Assembly: GCF_964355755.1 (NCBI RefSeq)
Contig: NC_092672.1
Coordinates: 7,068,001 to 7,132,000 of the forward strand
Reading direction: 5' to 3'
Length of the DNA stretch: 64,000 bases
Origin: Antedon mediterranea
Taxonomy: Eukaryota; Animalia; Echinodermata
How positions within the stretch are numbered: the first letter of the stretch is position 1; the number at the start of each line of letters is the position of its first letter. Made by a program: the position numbers and the translations under genes. The notes below the pieces were generated by a model. It saw nothing but the letters and a program-made list of their open reading frames with translations, was not told the origin of the DNA and did no database searches. This document shows positions 37,871 to 51,100 of this stretch, piece after piece.

Positions 37871-38713
37871 TTATGATGATGATGATGACAATTTAACAAG
37901 CATTTTGATAATTGTTACTGTATTTTATCACTTCTTGATATTGATTGTGTTATGTTTTTCATATTCAGGGAGAAATTATTTTATTAGGCCTATACCTGTT
38001 ACCATTCGTTAAAAAATTAAACACCTCCCTTGAAAAAACCATGAAAATACAAATAATGTATATATCGTTTTTGAACATAATACCGCTCGCGTATCACATA
38101 ACGGTGTTCGAAATGCCATGAAACCTGATATGGATATTGATTGAACGTCAAATATCTGTTGATGAGAGGTTTTCATTATTATTTGCTGAGCCTAGTGGAA
38201 CAGCGGTGTACTTGTTTAGATTATCATTTGTGTGTTAAACTAATGGATTTGCCGGGTGAATGTAAATGGCATATTTCAATCATTGTTTAATTCAAAGCCC
38301 AAGTTAACTAATATAATACCCAGGATGTGCTAAGCCAACCGTGGAATATTTTTTACATTTTTCATTGCCTTTCCTCGATTAAACACAATTTCTACCACAC
38401 ACTATTCAAAAAATGTATTATTACTAAATACTGTAATATAATCATCTAATCCTTAACTAAATGAGCATGCGTGAGTTTTCGACTTGCGTGTGTTCAGTAC
38501 CTTTGCATAAAAGAAATTCTCCATGGTATAACAATTCTCCGATACATTTCATAATAATACCTGTTTCAAAAAGAAAATAGTCAATGCTAAGCTTCATTAT
38601 TCATCACAACCACTAGCCCATGCAATAACCTTAAATAAAAATACAGTATTGTTTACAAAGGAAACTGGTATTTTGTTTTTGTATTATTATAGTTCAGGAG
38701 ACGTGCATCGTCA

Positions 38714-41606
38714 TTAGGTTATATGCATGATATGCATATAACCTCTTGATTCTGTCAGAATCTTTATTTATTTCTTTATTTATTCTTTCCTTAGCACTAT
38801 TTTGTCCGTGAATTATCTTGATATCAGTTTCATCTATCTAAGTCAATTTTTCAGAGTATATTCCTTATGGCCAGGAATCGATGTGGTTATGTTTTCAGGG
38901 TGCGCAATCAAACATTACGCGGTCTACGCGCGATTTAACGAAATCACGTTTGTAATCATATCTTCACAAGCATGAATCACTTTTAAACAAAATTTGGTAC
39001 TCATAAATTTCAGGTCATATTTCATCATATGGCAATACAATTACGTGCGTAGCGCATATAACGCATGCGTACGCGCGCTTAGAATGTTGAAAATTGTCAG
39101 AATTTATTTTCGATGAAATTAGAATACGTTTCAGGCAATTTTAAGCGTTTAAAAAATTGCCATGAGTGCGCAGATTTTTGCACGTGCACTGCGCGTCAAA
39201 CGTTAATGCGCACTGTTTTTGTCCGATTACTGTTGTATAACCTTTCTTTAATAATATCATCATATTTTATTCACTTTTCAATGCGAAACAGCGTTATACG
39301 AGCACGTCAAAAGTGACAGGCTACGCACGTGTAAGTTAACAAAATGGTGAAAATATGCTAAATTTTAAAATTAATATATATCGTTAGAATGCTCGGGAAC
39401 ACCTATTTTTTATTTAATTTTCTTGAAGTGTATGTATCATATGTATGATTTCTTATCAAATAAAGAGAACAAAAGTTGATTAAGTCATCATTAATTGCAT
39501 ATTAAATTAAAAAAAAATAATTTCGACAATCAAACAAATTATGACATTCTCTTAGGCCAAAATAACAAACTTAACATTAACTTTCTTCCTTCAAAAATTC
39601 ATATATTAAAGTTAAAAGTATGTAGTTTGACAGTCCATCATTTGTATACATTTTAAAGATGTCATCATAGTAAAAAATTATAATTCATTTCGGTATGTAA
39701 TAATCTATTTGCATCAAACTGGTTACTGCATAGTAAATACACGGAGGAATTTTTCTACAACTTTTAGTCAGTTGTGTACGGCTCGGTGGTCTGTGCTCGT
39801 GTCTATGGCATTCAAGGTACCGAGATCGAGTCTCACCTTGGGAAACGAAATACGAATTTTTTTTTTTTATTATCCGTATTGTTTGTTCAAATTTATTTCT
39901 TAGTGTATAGATTATACACATGATTTATAATGAAATCTAGATAAAAATTAACTTATGTCTTTATTTTATTATGTAACAACAAATGTGGTTTATGACATTA
40001 TACGCAGATGGATCTTTGATCGGATTGTGATACCGGCTATGGTGTTCGCGTTAGCAAGGTCCTATCATATATTATAAATAATTAAAGATTCTGAGAAAAT
40101 CAATCAATCAATATATCTTTTAAAAATCAATTATCTTTATTTAAATCAAGGCATATAACCTATAATTCGTCATAGTGACGAATTAAATCTAGTTTATTTA
40201 TTCTTTCCTTAGCACTATTTGTCCGTGAATTATCTTGGCATCAGTTTCATCTATCTAAGTCAATTTTTCAGAGTATATTCCTTATGGCCAGGAATCGAAG
40301 TGGTTATGTTTTCACGATGCGCAATCAAAAATTACGCGGTCTACGCGTGATTTAACGAAATCACGTTTGTAATCATATCTTCACAAGCATGAATCACAAT
40401 TAAACAAAATTTGGTACTCATAAATTTCAGGTCATATTTCATCATATGGCAATACAATTACGTGCGTAGCGCATATAACGCATGCGTACGCGCGCTTAAA
40501 ATGTTGAAAATTGTCAGAATTTATTTTCGATGAAATTAGAGTACGTTTCAGGCAATTTTAAGCGTTTAAAAAATTGCCATGAGTGCGCAGATTTTTGCAC
40601 GTGCACTGCGCGTCAAACGTTAATGCGCACTGTTTTTGTCCGATTACTGTTGTATAACCTTTCTTTAATAATATTATCATATTTTATTCACTTTTCAACG
40701 CGAAACAGCGTTATACGAGCACGTCAAATGTGACAGGCTACGCACGTGTAAGTTAACAAAATGGTGAAAATATGCTAAATTTTAAAATTAATATATATCG
40801 TTAGGATGCTCGGGAACACCTATTTTTTATTTAATTTTCTTGAAGTGTATGTATCATATGTATGATTTATTATGAAATTAGAAGAACAAAAGTTGATTAA
40901 GTCATCATTAATGGCATATTAAATTTAACAAAATTAATTTCGACAATCAAACAAATTATAACATTTTCTTAGGCCAAAATAACAAACTTAACATTAACTT
41001 TCTTCCTTAAGAAGTTCATATATTAAAGGTAAAAGTATATAGTTTGACAGTGCATCATTTTTTTTCAATTTTTAAAGATGTCATCATAGTAAAAAATTAT
41101 AATTCATTGCGGTATGTAATAATCTATCTGCACCAAAGTGGTTACTGCATAGTAAATACACGGAGGAATTTTTCTCCAACTTTTAGTCAGTTGTGTATGG
41201 CTCAATGGTCTGTGCTCGTATCTATGGCATTCAAGGTACCGAGTTCGAGTCTCACCTTGGGAAACGAAATAAGATTTTTTTTTTATTATCCGTATTGTTT
41301 GTTCAAATTTATTTCTTAGTGTATAGATTATACACATGATTTATAATGAAATCTAGATAAAAATTAACTTATGTCTTTATTATTATGTAACAACAAATGT
41401 GGTTTATGACATTATACGCATATGGATCTTTGATCGGATTGTGATACCGGCTATGGTGTTCGCGTTAGCAAGGTCCTATCATATATTATAAATAATTAAA
41501 GATTCTGACAAAATCAATCAATCAATATATCTTTCAAAAATCAATTATCTTTATTTAAATCAATGCATATAACCTATAATTCGTCATAGTGACGAATTAA
41601 ATCTAG
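38714..41606 (+). mobile_element. Helentron-type non-autonomous element (HINE/DINE-like) with a tandemly repeated ~1.41-kb body
   Basis: 5' palindrome aggttatatgcat-gat-atgcatataacct and a T-rich microsatellite. Each unit ends with subTIR gcatataaccta, hairpin taattcgtca-tag-tgacgaatta and CTAG (at 40192 and 41606). Confidence 0.7.
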
Positions 41607-43019
41607 TTGGATATTGAAATACTACTTTCGTTTCAAAATCTTAGTGGTCTTTCAAAGAATATTTATTGTATTTTTATACTTTTATTTTCGAATGGAATAT
41701 GTAGGCCTAGTACGCCACTAACTCGAGGAAGTAACTGCAGGTAATTATCTTTCATTTCAATATTCCCCCTTATTTTCTTTCTACAAAAAAATGTTTCCAA
41801 AAATGTTGCTTAGTTTTTTTGAAGTCTTGGAAAGCAGTAGAACACCTGTAGATTGAGGAGAAACTTACAGCATGTAGCATTGGTACAAAGTCAGTGCCGT
41901 GGTACTCCAGATAATAATCCTATGGAGAGAGGTGCTGTGTGTGTGGTTTGAGGATTTGCCTTTCCCTCTTTTCAAACTAGATTTCAGCAGTAAAAATGCA
42001 TGACTCCTCATGACAAACCAACCATGTAAAACCCTACGGGCTTGGACTGAACAATCAGATTATTATAGGTGGATCATGGTTTGAGGGAGGGTATTTTTTT
42101 TTTTAATTCAAATTGGCTTTAAAACATTTCAGGCACACGTGCACATGTTATGAATGTTGAAAGTAACTAAAACAGTCGCGCTTTTCAATCGTGAAACACG
42201 TCACGTTTGTGTTCACCTCATTTCGAAAGAAACCCCCTTAAATAAAAATTACCAAATTGTTAATAAACATTCGGTCTAAACATGATGCAAAAAAATAAGT
42301 AAGTAAGCCGTAATCACATTTCTTAATAAATTGCAGCAATGAATCCCAAAAGCAGACCATATTAACTGCGGAAATTTAACTGTATTTTACGTCGTTATTA
42401 TAATATGCTGAATAACCATGGGTAAAAAGCATGTACAGTACATTATATAAGCATGTATGATGTTTAAGAATGTATACACAATCTCACATAATATCTTCCC
42501 TTCTATTGTCCCATAGGCATAACTCATATTGTACAAGATAAGTCTATTAAATCCAAAAGTATGCACATACAATTTATACTCCATTATGAGTCACTCGATA
42601 ATTACTTAATGAAATATTTACCGCGAAACCTATTACAATAGTGTTCAATATTTCTTTATTAGGAAGATATCATGGACGATTTAAAAACGAAATGTAGGGT
42701 TTCATCGGCGGTAAAGTTAGTTCCGGGTTCACGGTGAGTCATCACCTTGCAACTTCACGTGTTCAACTAAGTTGGCCGTTGGTGGCGATAGCCATTATAG
42801 TTGTTTGTTTATTTTCGAACCGCGTTTGAAAGTACATTAGTTAGCAAAATAAAAATTATACTGCAAATTAATAAAGATCAAATTAAATATATTCATAAAG
42901 CATCGGACTATATTGTGGAGAATAATATAAAAAAATACAAAAACAAATTAAATCGGGAGAACTGATGATAAGACCTTTTGTTTGAAATCGAATGAAACCC
43001 ACTGTTGAGTAAGCTGGCA

Positions 43020-43320
43020 GGACTGTGTCCCGTTAGGACCCTCTGAAACGTCTCCCTTCTTAGGACAAATCGCCCCACTGTGTCGCTGAAGTTAGTTTCA
43101 AAAGATGTTTAAACTAAATAATGTATTAATTATACCAAGAGGATGGTATTTATTTGAATAAACTATACGTTAAATTGTTATTAATCTAAGACTGTGAAAC
43201 ATTGACAACAGCAAGCATTTCAGTAATGGTAACCGACCGAAAACGTCCAAGCCAAGACTTCCTTCTAAAACCTTTTTACTCGAGTCATTATCAGTCCGAG
43301 AACCATCGTCTACACTTCCA
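43020..43320 (+). mobile_element. Degenerate fragment of Helitron family H2
   Basis: Reverse-complement matches to ~14270 (ggtcctaacgggacacag) and ~13670 (ggaagtgtagacgatggttctcgg). Confidence 0.55.
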
Positions 43321-43990
43321 TCAAAGTTAAGTTATAGCATGAGCAATGGTTATTCATTCATTCACTATTATTGCCATAAATAAACGACAAGCAAAACAAA
43401 ACCAGATAATATCAACTTAAATTGCAAAATGAGGTTATTGGGTTGATAAAACTGATTCTGTGTCTTTAATATATGGTAATTTATTTTGGTTTTTTCTATT
43501 TTAGACTTACAACCAATAATGCTTATAATAATTCATAATTAATAATCAGAAATTGATTACTGTGTACATGCATACGTTTAAAATTAATTAAATTAACACT
43601 TCACTGCATTATTTACTCAAATTTATGAAATAATGTTTACAATTGCATTTTTGTTTACGGTGCATGAAGTGAAAAGACGTGTTTGTCGATAATTTCAAGC
43701 CCAGAATTCAGGTTTTATTTTCTGTTTGTGCTGAAAAATGAATTCAGAGGGAATAACGTCTACTCTGATCAATCGATTTTGCAGCTGCCATTCGATAAGA
43801 TTAACTGACTATCGCCAGTCATCTTAGTCACAAGTATGGTGCATTACGTAATTTTAATACATGTTATAATGTTTGATGGACGGCCATTGTCTTATAATAT
43901 CCAAGCGCAAAATCCATATTATTCTAAAATAAACCTATTCTGAATAGCTACATATTACGATAAAGTTACTTGTTTCTCCACAGAACTGTA

Positions 43991-45124
43991 ATGGCAGCTT
44001 ACCGTCACGCTATAAAGTTGATTATGCTGTTTACAACTATAACCTCAAGTGCTAGCAATGGTTCGTGTATTATTTCTATACCTGTTTCAAAAGAGATCCT
44101 ATACATCATCATCATCAATTAGCATAATTGTGGAACCTTGATGGGTTATTTGTAATATACCTTGCTTACTACGTTAATTTTTATAATTCAGTGAAAGTTA
44201 GACAGATTTATGTGATAGACCTAAGTTCTTCGTCTTCTTCTTCTTTTCTTCTTCATGATTTAGCAGTCCACTACAGGGCATCCCTCCTCCAAATCTCTCC
44301 ATTTACTTTTCTCTTTTGCTATTCTGAACCAGTTGTTTTCTCATGTCATGTCATGTCATGTCATGTCATCTCCATCTCCCTTTGAGTTTGCTTCTTTTGC
44401 TGTTCGCTATCCTTGTCTGCCAAACTGTATAGTCCTGCTTGTCCACATGTTTTTGCTTGAAGTAGATCTCTGTTTATTATATCTTTCCTTTTGCATGGTA
44501 CCTTGTCCATTATTGTTATGCCAAGTATTTTCCGTTCTATTGCATACTGGGTTGATCTTAACTTATCCTTCTTCTCAGTAAGTCTCAAAGTTGAAAAGAA
44601 GAGAAAGAAGAAGATTATTACACGCTTCATCTAAATTATAGTGAAATGGAGTAATATTATAGAAAAATGTGATCTAATGCAAGGCTCTTCGGTTTATTTC
44701 AGATTCAACCTTATATCCCGATCCAACTTTGTACCCAGATTCAACCTCGTATCCAGATACAACCTTATATCCAGTTTCAACTTCATATCCACATTCGAAC
44801 TTATATCCAGATACAACCTCATATCAAGATTCAATCTCATATCCAGATACAACCTCATATCCAGATACAACCTCGTATCCAGATACAACCTTATATCCAG
44901 ATACAACATCATATCCAGATTCAATATCATATCCAGATACAACATCATATCCAGATACAACCTCATATCCAGATACAACCTCAAATCCTCATTCAACTTC
45001 ATATCCAGATTCAATCTCATATCTAGATACAACTTGGTATCCAGATTCAAACTCATATCCAGATTCACCCTGGTATCTAGATCCAAGCTCATATTCAATA
45101 TTTTCTTCAGAATATTATTACTCT

Positions 45125-45157
<33 letters not shown>

Positions 45158-48100
45158 GAATATTTGTATTGTGAGTTTAACGAATATTATTGATTTTTTT
45201 TGTTCAGCTATTTGTTTAATAAGTATCAACAAATATGATTACAAGCAAATATACCTGTCGGTCCTGGGATGGGTTTCAAATAATATAGTTTTACATTCAT
45301 TTTAGAAAAAATGTATAGATTATTTAGACCAGTTGTCATAATCACATTGTAATCTATTTTCCAGATAACAATGAAGTTATAACTCTTGTTGGTGGCAATG
45401 TAAAACGAGAAGGTCGACTTGAACTGAAAGGTGATATTTCTGGTACTGTTTGTTCTGTTGGCTGGACCGAAGCTGATGCTTCATTAGTCTGTAAGAGTCT
45501 TGGTTATGAAGGTGTTGACGAATATTTGGTGTATAGCTTTGGAGAAGGGAATGGGAGAATTTGGTCGAATATTAATGGTTGTATTGAATATCCTACGTGT
45601 AATCCAATGGATTCATCGGAAGATCCACAATGCACTCATGCAAATGATGTCGGGATAGTATGTTCACCTTGTAAGTTAAAAGGGAGCTACGATTTGTTAT
45701 GACCAACCTAGGCCAGGTCAACTGATGTGTCGGCGGTCGTCGCCTGAACACAGAAACCATCAAATCTGTGTCGAGGTGGAGATCGCGGACACACGTCCAA
45801 ATAATTTCCTCATGGTCGCCGGTCGTTTAAAATCGAAAGCTTCTAATATTAAATTGTAATTTCAAAAAATCATGCATGTACCACTTTGAAGATCAACTTG
45901 TTTACCCCTTTTTTAAAGTGACAATTCGACTTGTTGGTGGTGATAATCTGAATGAAGGGCGTGTAGAGTTCAATTATTTTGGTGAGTTTTCAACAATAAG
46001 GGATCTACATATCAGCGAAGCCGACGTCATTTGTCGTTCGCTTCACTTTCCTTCTGCTGAGTTCTCGGATTGCTGTGGAATATATGGTACTGCCTTTGAC
46101 CTGCCTTCTTATCAAGTCGAATGTAAAGGAAATGAGAAAGAATTATCTGACTGTTCGATATATACTACCTATGATATTGACCAACAATCTGGGATTAGAT
46201 GTTCAACTGGTAAGAATATGCAATGCAATATTGTTTGCCAAAAGGTATCTGATGAGTTTAGAATTTCTTTTAAATATATTAACATTTGTACTAAATTTAA
46301 CCTGCACTGATTATGTCAATGATAAATGTATGACAATTATTATACATTAAATAGTATTTTCTTAAAACAATTTAGTGTACTTAGTCTTATTTCACAATAT
46401 ATTATTATAACACCAGCTCCTCAATTTTAGATGTTTTCTTTTAAAGAAACATGTACTAGGCCTACATCTTGTAAATGTATTAAAGGGCGGAGAGAAGATT
46501 CTGGGTGGGTATTTTAAATATTAATTTATCTTTTAATAGTGGTTATGATATTTCCTCAGATGGCGTAAGATTAACTGGACAGTTTGAATCAGATGGACCA
46601 CTTGAAATCTTTACAAGCTCTGCTTGGCATAAAGTATGTTCGGTTGATTTTAACATTAAAGTTGGTGAAGTAATCTGCAGTCAACTCAACTTTGATGGTG
46701 TTTTAAATGTCACTGACATTGACAGTGACAACGGCACAACAACCATACGAGAAATTAATTGCACAGGAATAGAGAGTAGATTTGAAGAATGCTCTTTCAA
46801 TATTGTGCCTGAACAAATGTGCACAAGTTTTGTGAAGCTGTCATGCATTGGAAGTAAGCAAATGCAGTACTTAAATATACATTATTAAGCAGGGACAAAT
46901 TCTTGATATACAAACATTAACTTTCCCTAAGTTGTTATATATTATCTTTTTATATTAATCCACACATCGACGTTTCGAATTTGTCTGGACAATTTCGAGC
47001 TCAGGTATTATAAGTATGAAACGCCATGTGTGCCAAAATATTTATGTTTAACCAATATTATATTCAGCCTATAACCAAGACATTTGACATTAGAACGTCT
47101 TCTTTGGGACACTCTATTTAGATAAACACCTTTACAGAAAACATCCTTTTCAGAGGAAACCTCTTTTCATGGACATTTAGGCCTCCGGGTAAAACGAGGG
47201 GCAAACATTGTATATTAATACTGTTGACAGACTCTCAGTTGAATCTCTAAAGTTTCCCTTTAATATGTGTCCATTGTTGTAAACATAAGATAATCTTCAT
47301 CCAGCTACGAAATTTATAGTAAAAAATGACTGACCTTTAATCAACAAAATATTGTTTTCTTGACAGAAAAAATGTTTTAATAATGACATAATGCAGCTAA
47401 TAATCGTAAGCCATTTGTCTATAATAATTTGTATTTATAATATTTACAGGTGGATCAAGATTTGCTGATGGGTATACTAGGAACTCGGGGTATGCGCAGG
47501 CATACATTAATAGCGAATGGAATTATATTTGCGACAGTGATAGAAGAGTTACTGAATTTATCTGCTTACAAGAGCAATCAACTGGTGTTCACTTAGTACG
47601 AAACCAATACCCATTCTACATTTCTGACGAATACGCTGATTGTGACATCACACCCGAAAACAGTCTACAGTGTAGTCAAACCTTGGTTGATTGTTTTCCT
47701 TATCTTATTTATACGGAATGCTCAACGGGTATGTAATTTTTGTTTTATATGCCATCCCTGAGTTCAAATCCTTCATCTAATTTAAGCCTAATTAACCCTT
47801 CATAAAATGCATGTTGAATTCAATAAATGGTAGGTCTATAGGTCTAAATCTGTGTTAAGTGTTAATTAATCGCTTCTAAAAGAGTTGTTTCTGACGGTAC
47901 TTAATGCTTGGATGAATATTTTGCAATAACTGCTTTAAAATCAGAACGTCCATCCATACTATTTGTCATGTCATAAGCATTATTACTATGATGTCTGTCA
48001 GTTATAAGCCTCTGATGACAAATGCAAATAACGATCGACAATCATCTAAATTCATCCATTCTTTATCTACAACACATCTTCTTCACAATAGTATAACATA

Positions 48101-51100
48101 CACTGGTCTCCAGTACCATGAACCCCGAATACCAATTCCACGTTCTTGGTATTTATGCCGTTTGTTCATTACGTCATTCTATTAACTAGTCAAGCGTAGC
48201 GGGGAGTAACTAGTGCCATCATTTTGTTTTAAAGATGAGCTTATGAGATAATACTGTACCGCAATTTATATTTAGATGTTGCACGAATCAAGGGAGGAGG
48301 TCATCGTGGATTTGTTCAAATCTTCAAAGATGGCAAATGGAATTATATTTGCAGTGAAAACTGGAATGTTCAGACTACTGAGCTTGCTTGTAAAGAACTC
48401 AACTTTCGCTCCACTTCTACAGTGACTGGTGTTGGTGTAAACACAACCGCCGTAGTACCCGATGCTCAGATCATTATGTGTGATGGAAGTGAATCGAGTT
48501 TGCTGAATTGTCAATTTGATACCAACATGCAATGTAAACGTCATGCTGTACAAGTCACGTGTTCTGACGGTGATAATTTGTGCTTTTTTGCTACACTACT
48601 ATTGTCCTATTATTGTATTATTTTTGCATAAATTAATTAAATTTGTCTAGACCTATCTATACTTACTTTTTCACTGCCACATTCGTGATTTGATGATAGG
48701 AGTATTGGGTATTTAGCAAGAATAGGATTACCTGTAGTAACTAGTGCTGATAAGTAGCGACATCTTTCTTTTATCTTACTCTACAGTTGGTATACGTCTT
48801 AGAGGATCGCCAGTAAAGCATGCTGGTCGTGTGGAAATATACAACAACAACCAGTGGTGGACGGTTTGCGATGATTATTGGGATACCAATGACGCGAACG
48901 TGGCATGCATTATGGCGGGTTATTCTGGAGCTACCAGAGGGTATCGCGAGGCAGCGTTTGGTGAAGGGGTTGGTCCTATTTTGCGCTATGATTTTTTTTG
49001 TGACGGTGATGAAGACGACTTATTTGATTGCCCATTTGGTACACATTCCGATGGATTCTGTTCACATTACGAAGATGCAGGAGTGATTTGTTCTACAGGT
49101 ACGTTTCAGATCTTTGTATATGTTTACCAAAATAATTCAAAGGCATAACACCATAAAGGAGTATAACTGGGTTTACATGCAAAATTCGCACATTTTTATA
49201 CTTTTTATACAATAAAAAAAACACTACAAGACCTTGAGAGTTAGTGTTCAGATTCAAATTCATACACATTAATTAGGTTATTTGACAATAACTGGGGCCC
49301 GCACTAGAAGCAATAGCTTGTATCATGAGGGCCCCTACAAAATAAATATAAATATGCAAAATAAATAAAAAGAAACATCCCGTCTTAATGTCTGCCCTTT
49401 CATGTTATCGTCGCGTAATTGATGTTATTGTGCCGTGATTGTAATTTGTATGATTAATTAAAATGAATGTCTTGTTCCTTGTAACAGATATAATTCGTCT
49501 TTCTGATGGAAGCCCATCTGCCGGTCGGGTTGAACTATTTATCAATGGCCAATGGGGAACGATTTGTGACGATAACTGGGACATAAATGATGCCATTGTT
49601 ATTTGCCGACAATTAGGGTTTGACAGAGCTGCTAACGCATACGACATGGCTAGATTTGGTCCTGGCAAAGGTCCAATACATTTTGATGAAGTTCAGTGTG
49701 CGGGAAGCGAAACCGATATCTTACTGTGTAACACTAAAAGTATTCATGATTGTGAACATTCTGAAGACGCAGCGGTGTCCTGTGTTTCTGGTAAATATTG
49801 AACAAAATATATAAGTTTGAGTTTTTTTTTCACAGTAGATTTTCCGTCAGATGTTACACACAGTTGTTTATCTTTTTCATCTAGTCAGACGAATATGTGG
49901 TGAATATTAATTTACAACATTTTGTTGTTCCATATTTTTTTTTTGGACCAATTAGTTTGTGGCGAGTTAAGCTGTGGCCGAGTTTACTTGGGGCCGAGTT
50001 ATGTATGGTAGATAAGATAGATGATTAAATATCAAATACCTATCATCAATACGTTAGGCAATAAGGAGTATCTAAACATTAAATTGAAGCTCCCTTTATA
50101 AATCAACATTATTTTCATTGTAAGCTGTACTCTTTTCCTATTTAGACTCATTTGTGACTCCATCATGGTTGAAACCATTTAACAGTATTCAGACAAACGG
50201 TAAGTTAACATAAGATCAGTAATAACAAAGTAAATGTTATATTAATGAACAATGGACAGAGAATAAGAAGTATTATTTTCATCTGCCATATTCTATAATA
50301 AAAAAGAAACGAAAATGAATAAGAATGCAAGCAAAATCATAATTTATCGAATAAGATAGTAAGATTGAAATGAAAAGATAATATCAAGAGTAATGAAACA
50401 TGAAAGAGAGAAAATTATTACATTTGATTTTTAATTTAACAAAATAAAAATAACCTATACTAGCAGTAATGATAGCTTTGATAGAAGCTCTAAGATGATA
50501 GACGATACAATTGTTATTTCTAAGAGCTATAGTGTATAAACGGAGTATTTAATCGAACGTTCCGATCTTTATTTGAGATCTTTATCAACTCACTGCTTGT
50601 TGAATCCAATAGATTCAGGATCAGTTAAAAAATAAAATTATTGTTAATTTAAATGAAGCGAATAAGCAAATCACCCGTCGTATCAATTTTTGTTTGCAGG
50701 TTGTAAAGACTATTGGTTTCAAAACGATAATTCTTGTCTAACAGTTATACATACAGAGCATAGTACTACGCTTTCCGAATTGTCTTGTCCAGAAGGATCG
50801 TCAGTTCTTTCAGTAGACACAGAAGTAGGCATGTTAGGAGAATATCTTCGAATAATTTATTACTATTATGAAGAAATCACTCTTAAACTATTTCTTTGGC
50901 AAGATGGTAAATCAAAAACTTGCACTTTTTTTAATCGTACTGGTGATAATGGAGACACATGGGATGTGATTAGTGTACCGGCAATACAGTGTAACGACGT
51001 CTATGCTTATGTTTGTAAAATGGATATTAAAGGTACAGTATTTGTAATGTCTCTATGCCATTGTACAATTGTTCTGTATTTAATCATCTACTCAATGATA

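Noticed and set aside
39113-41337. Repeated short ORFs in the 1.4-kb units
   Set aside because: They recur only because the DNA is duplicated; no domain signal.
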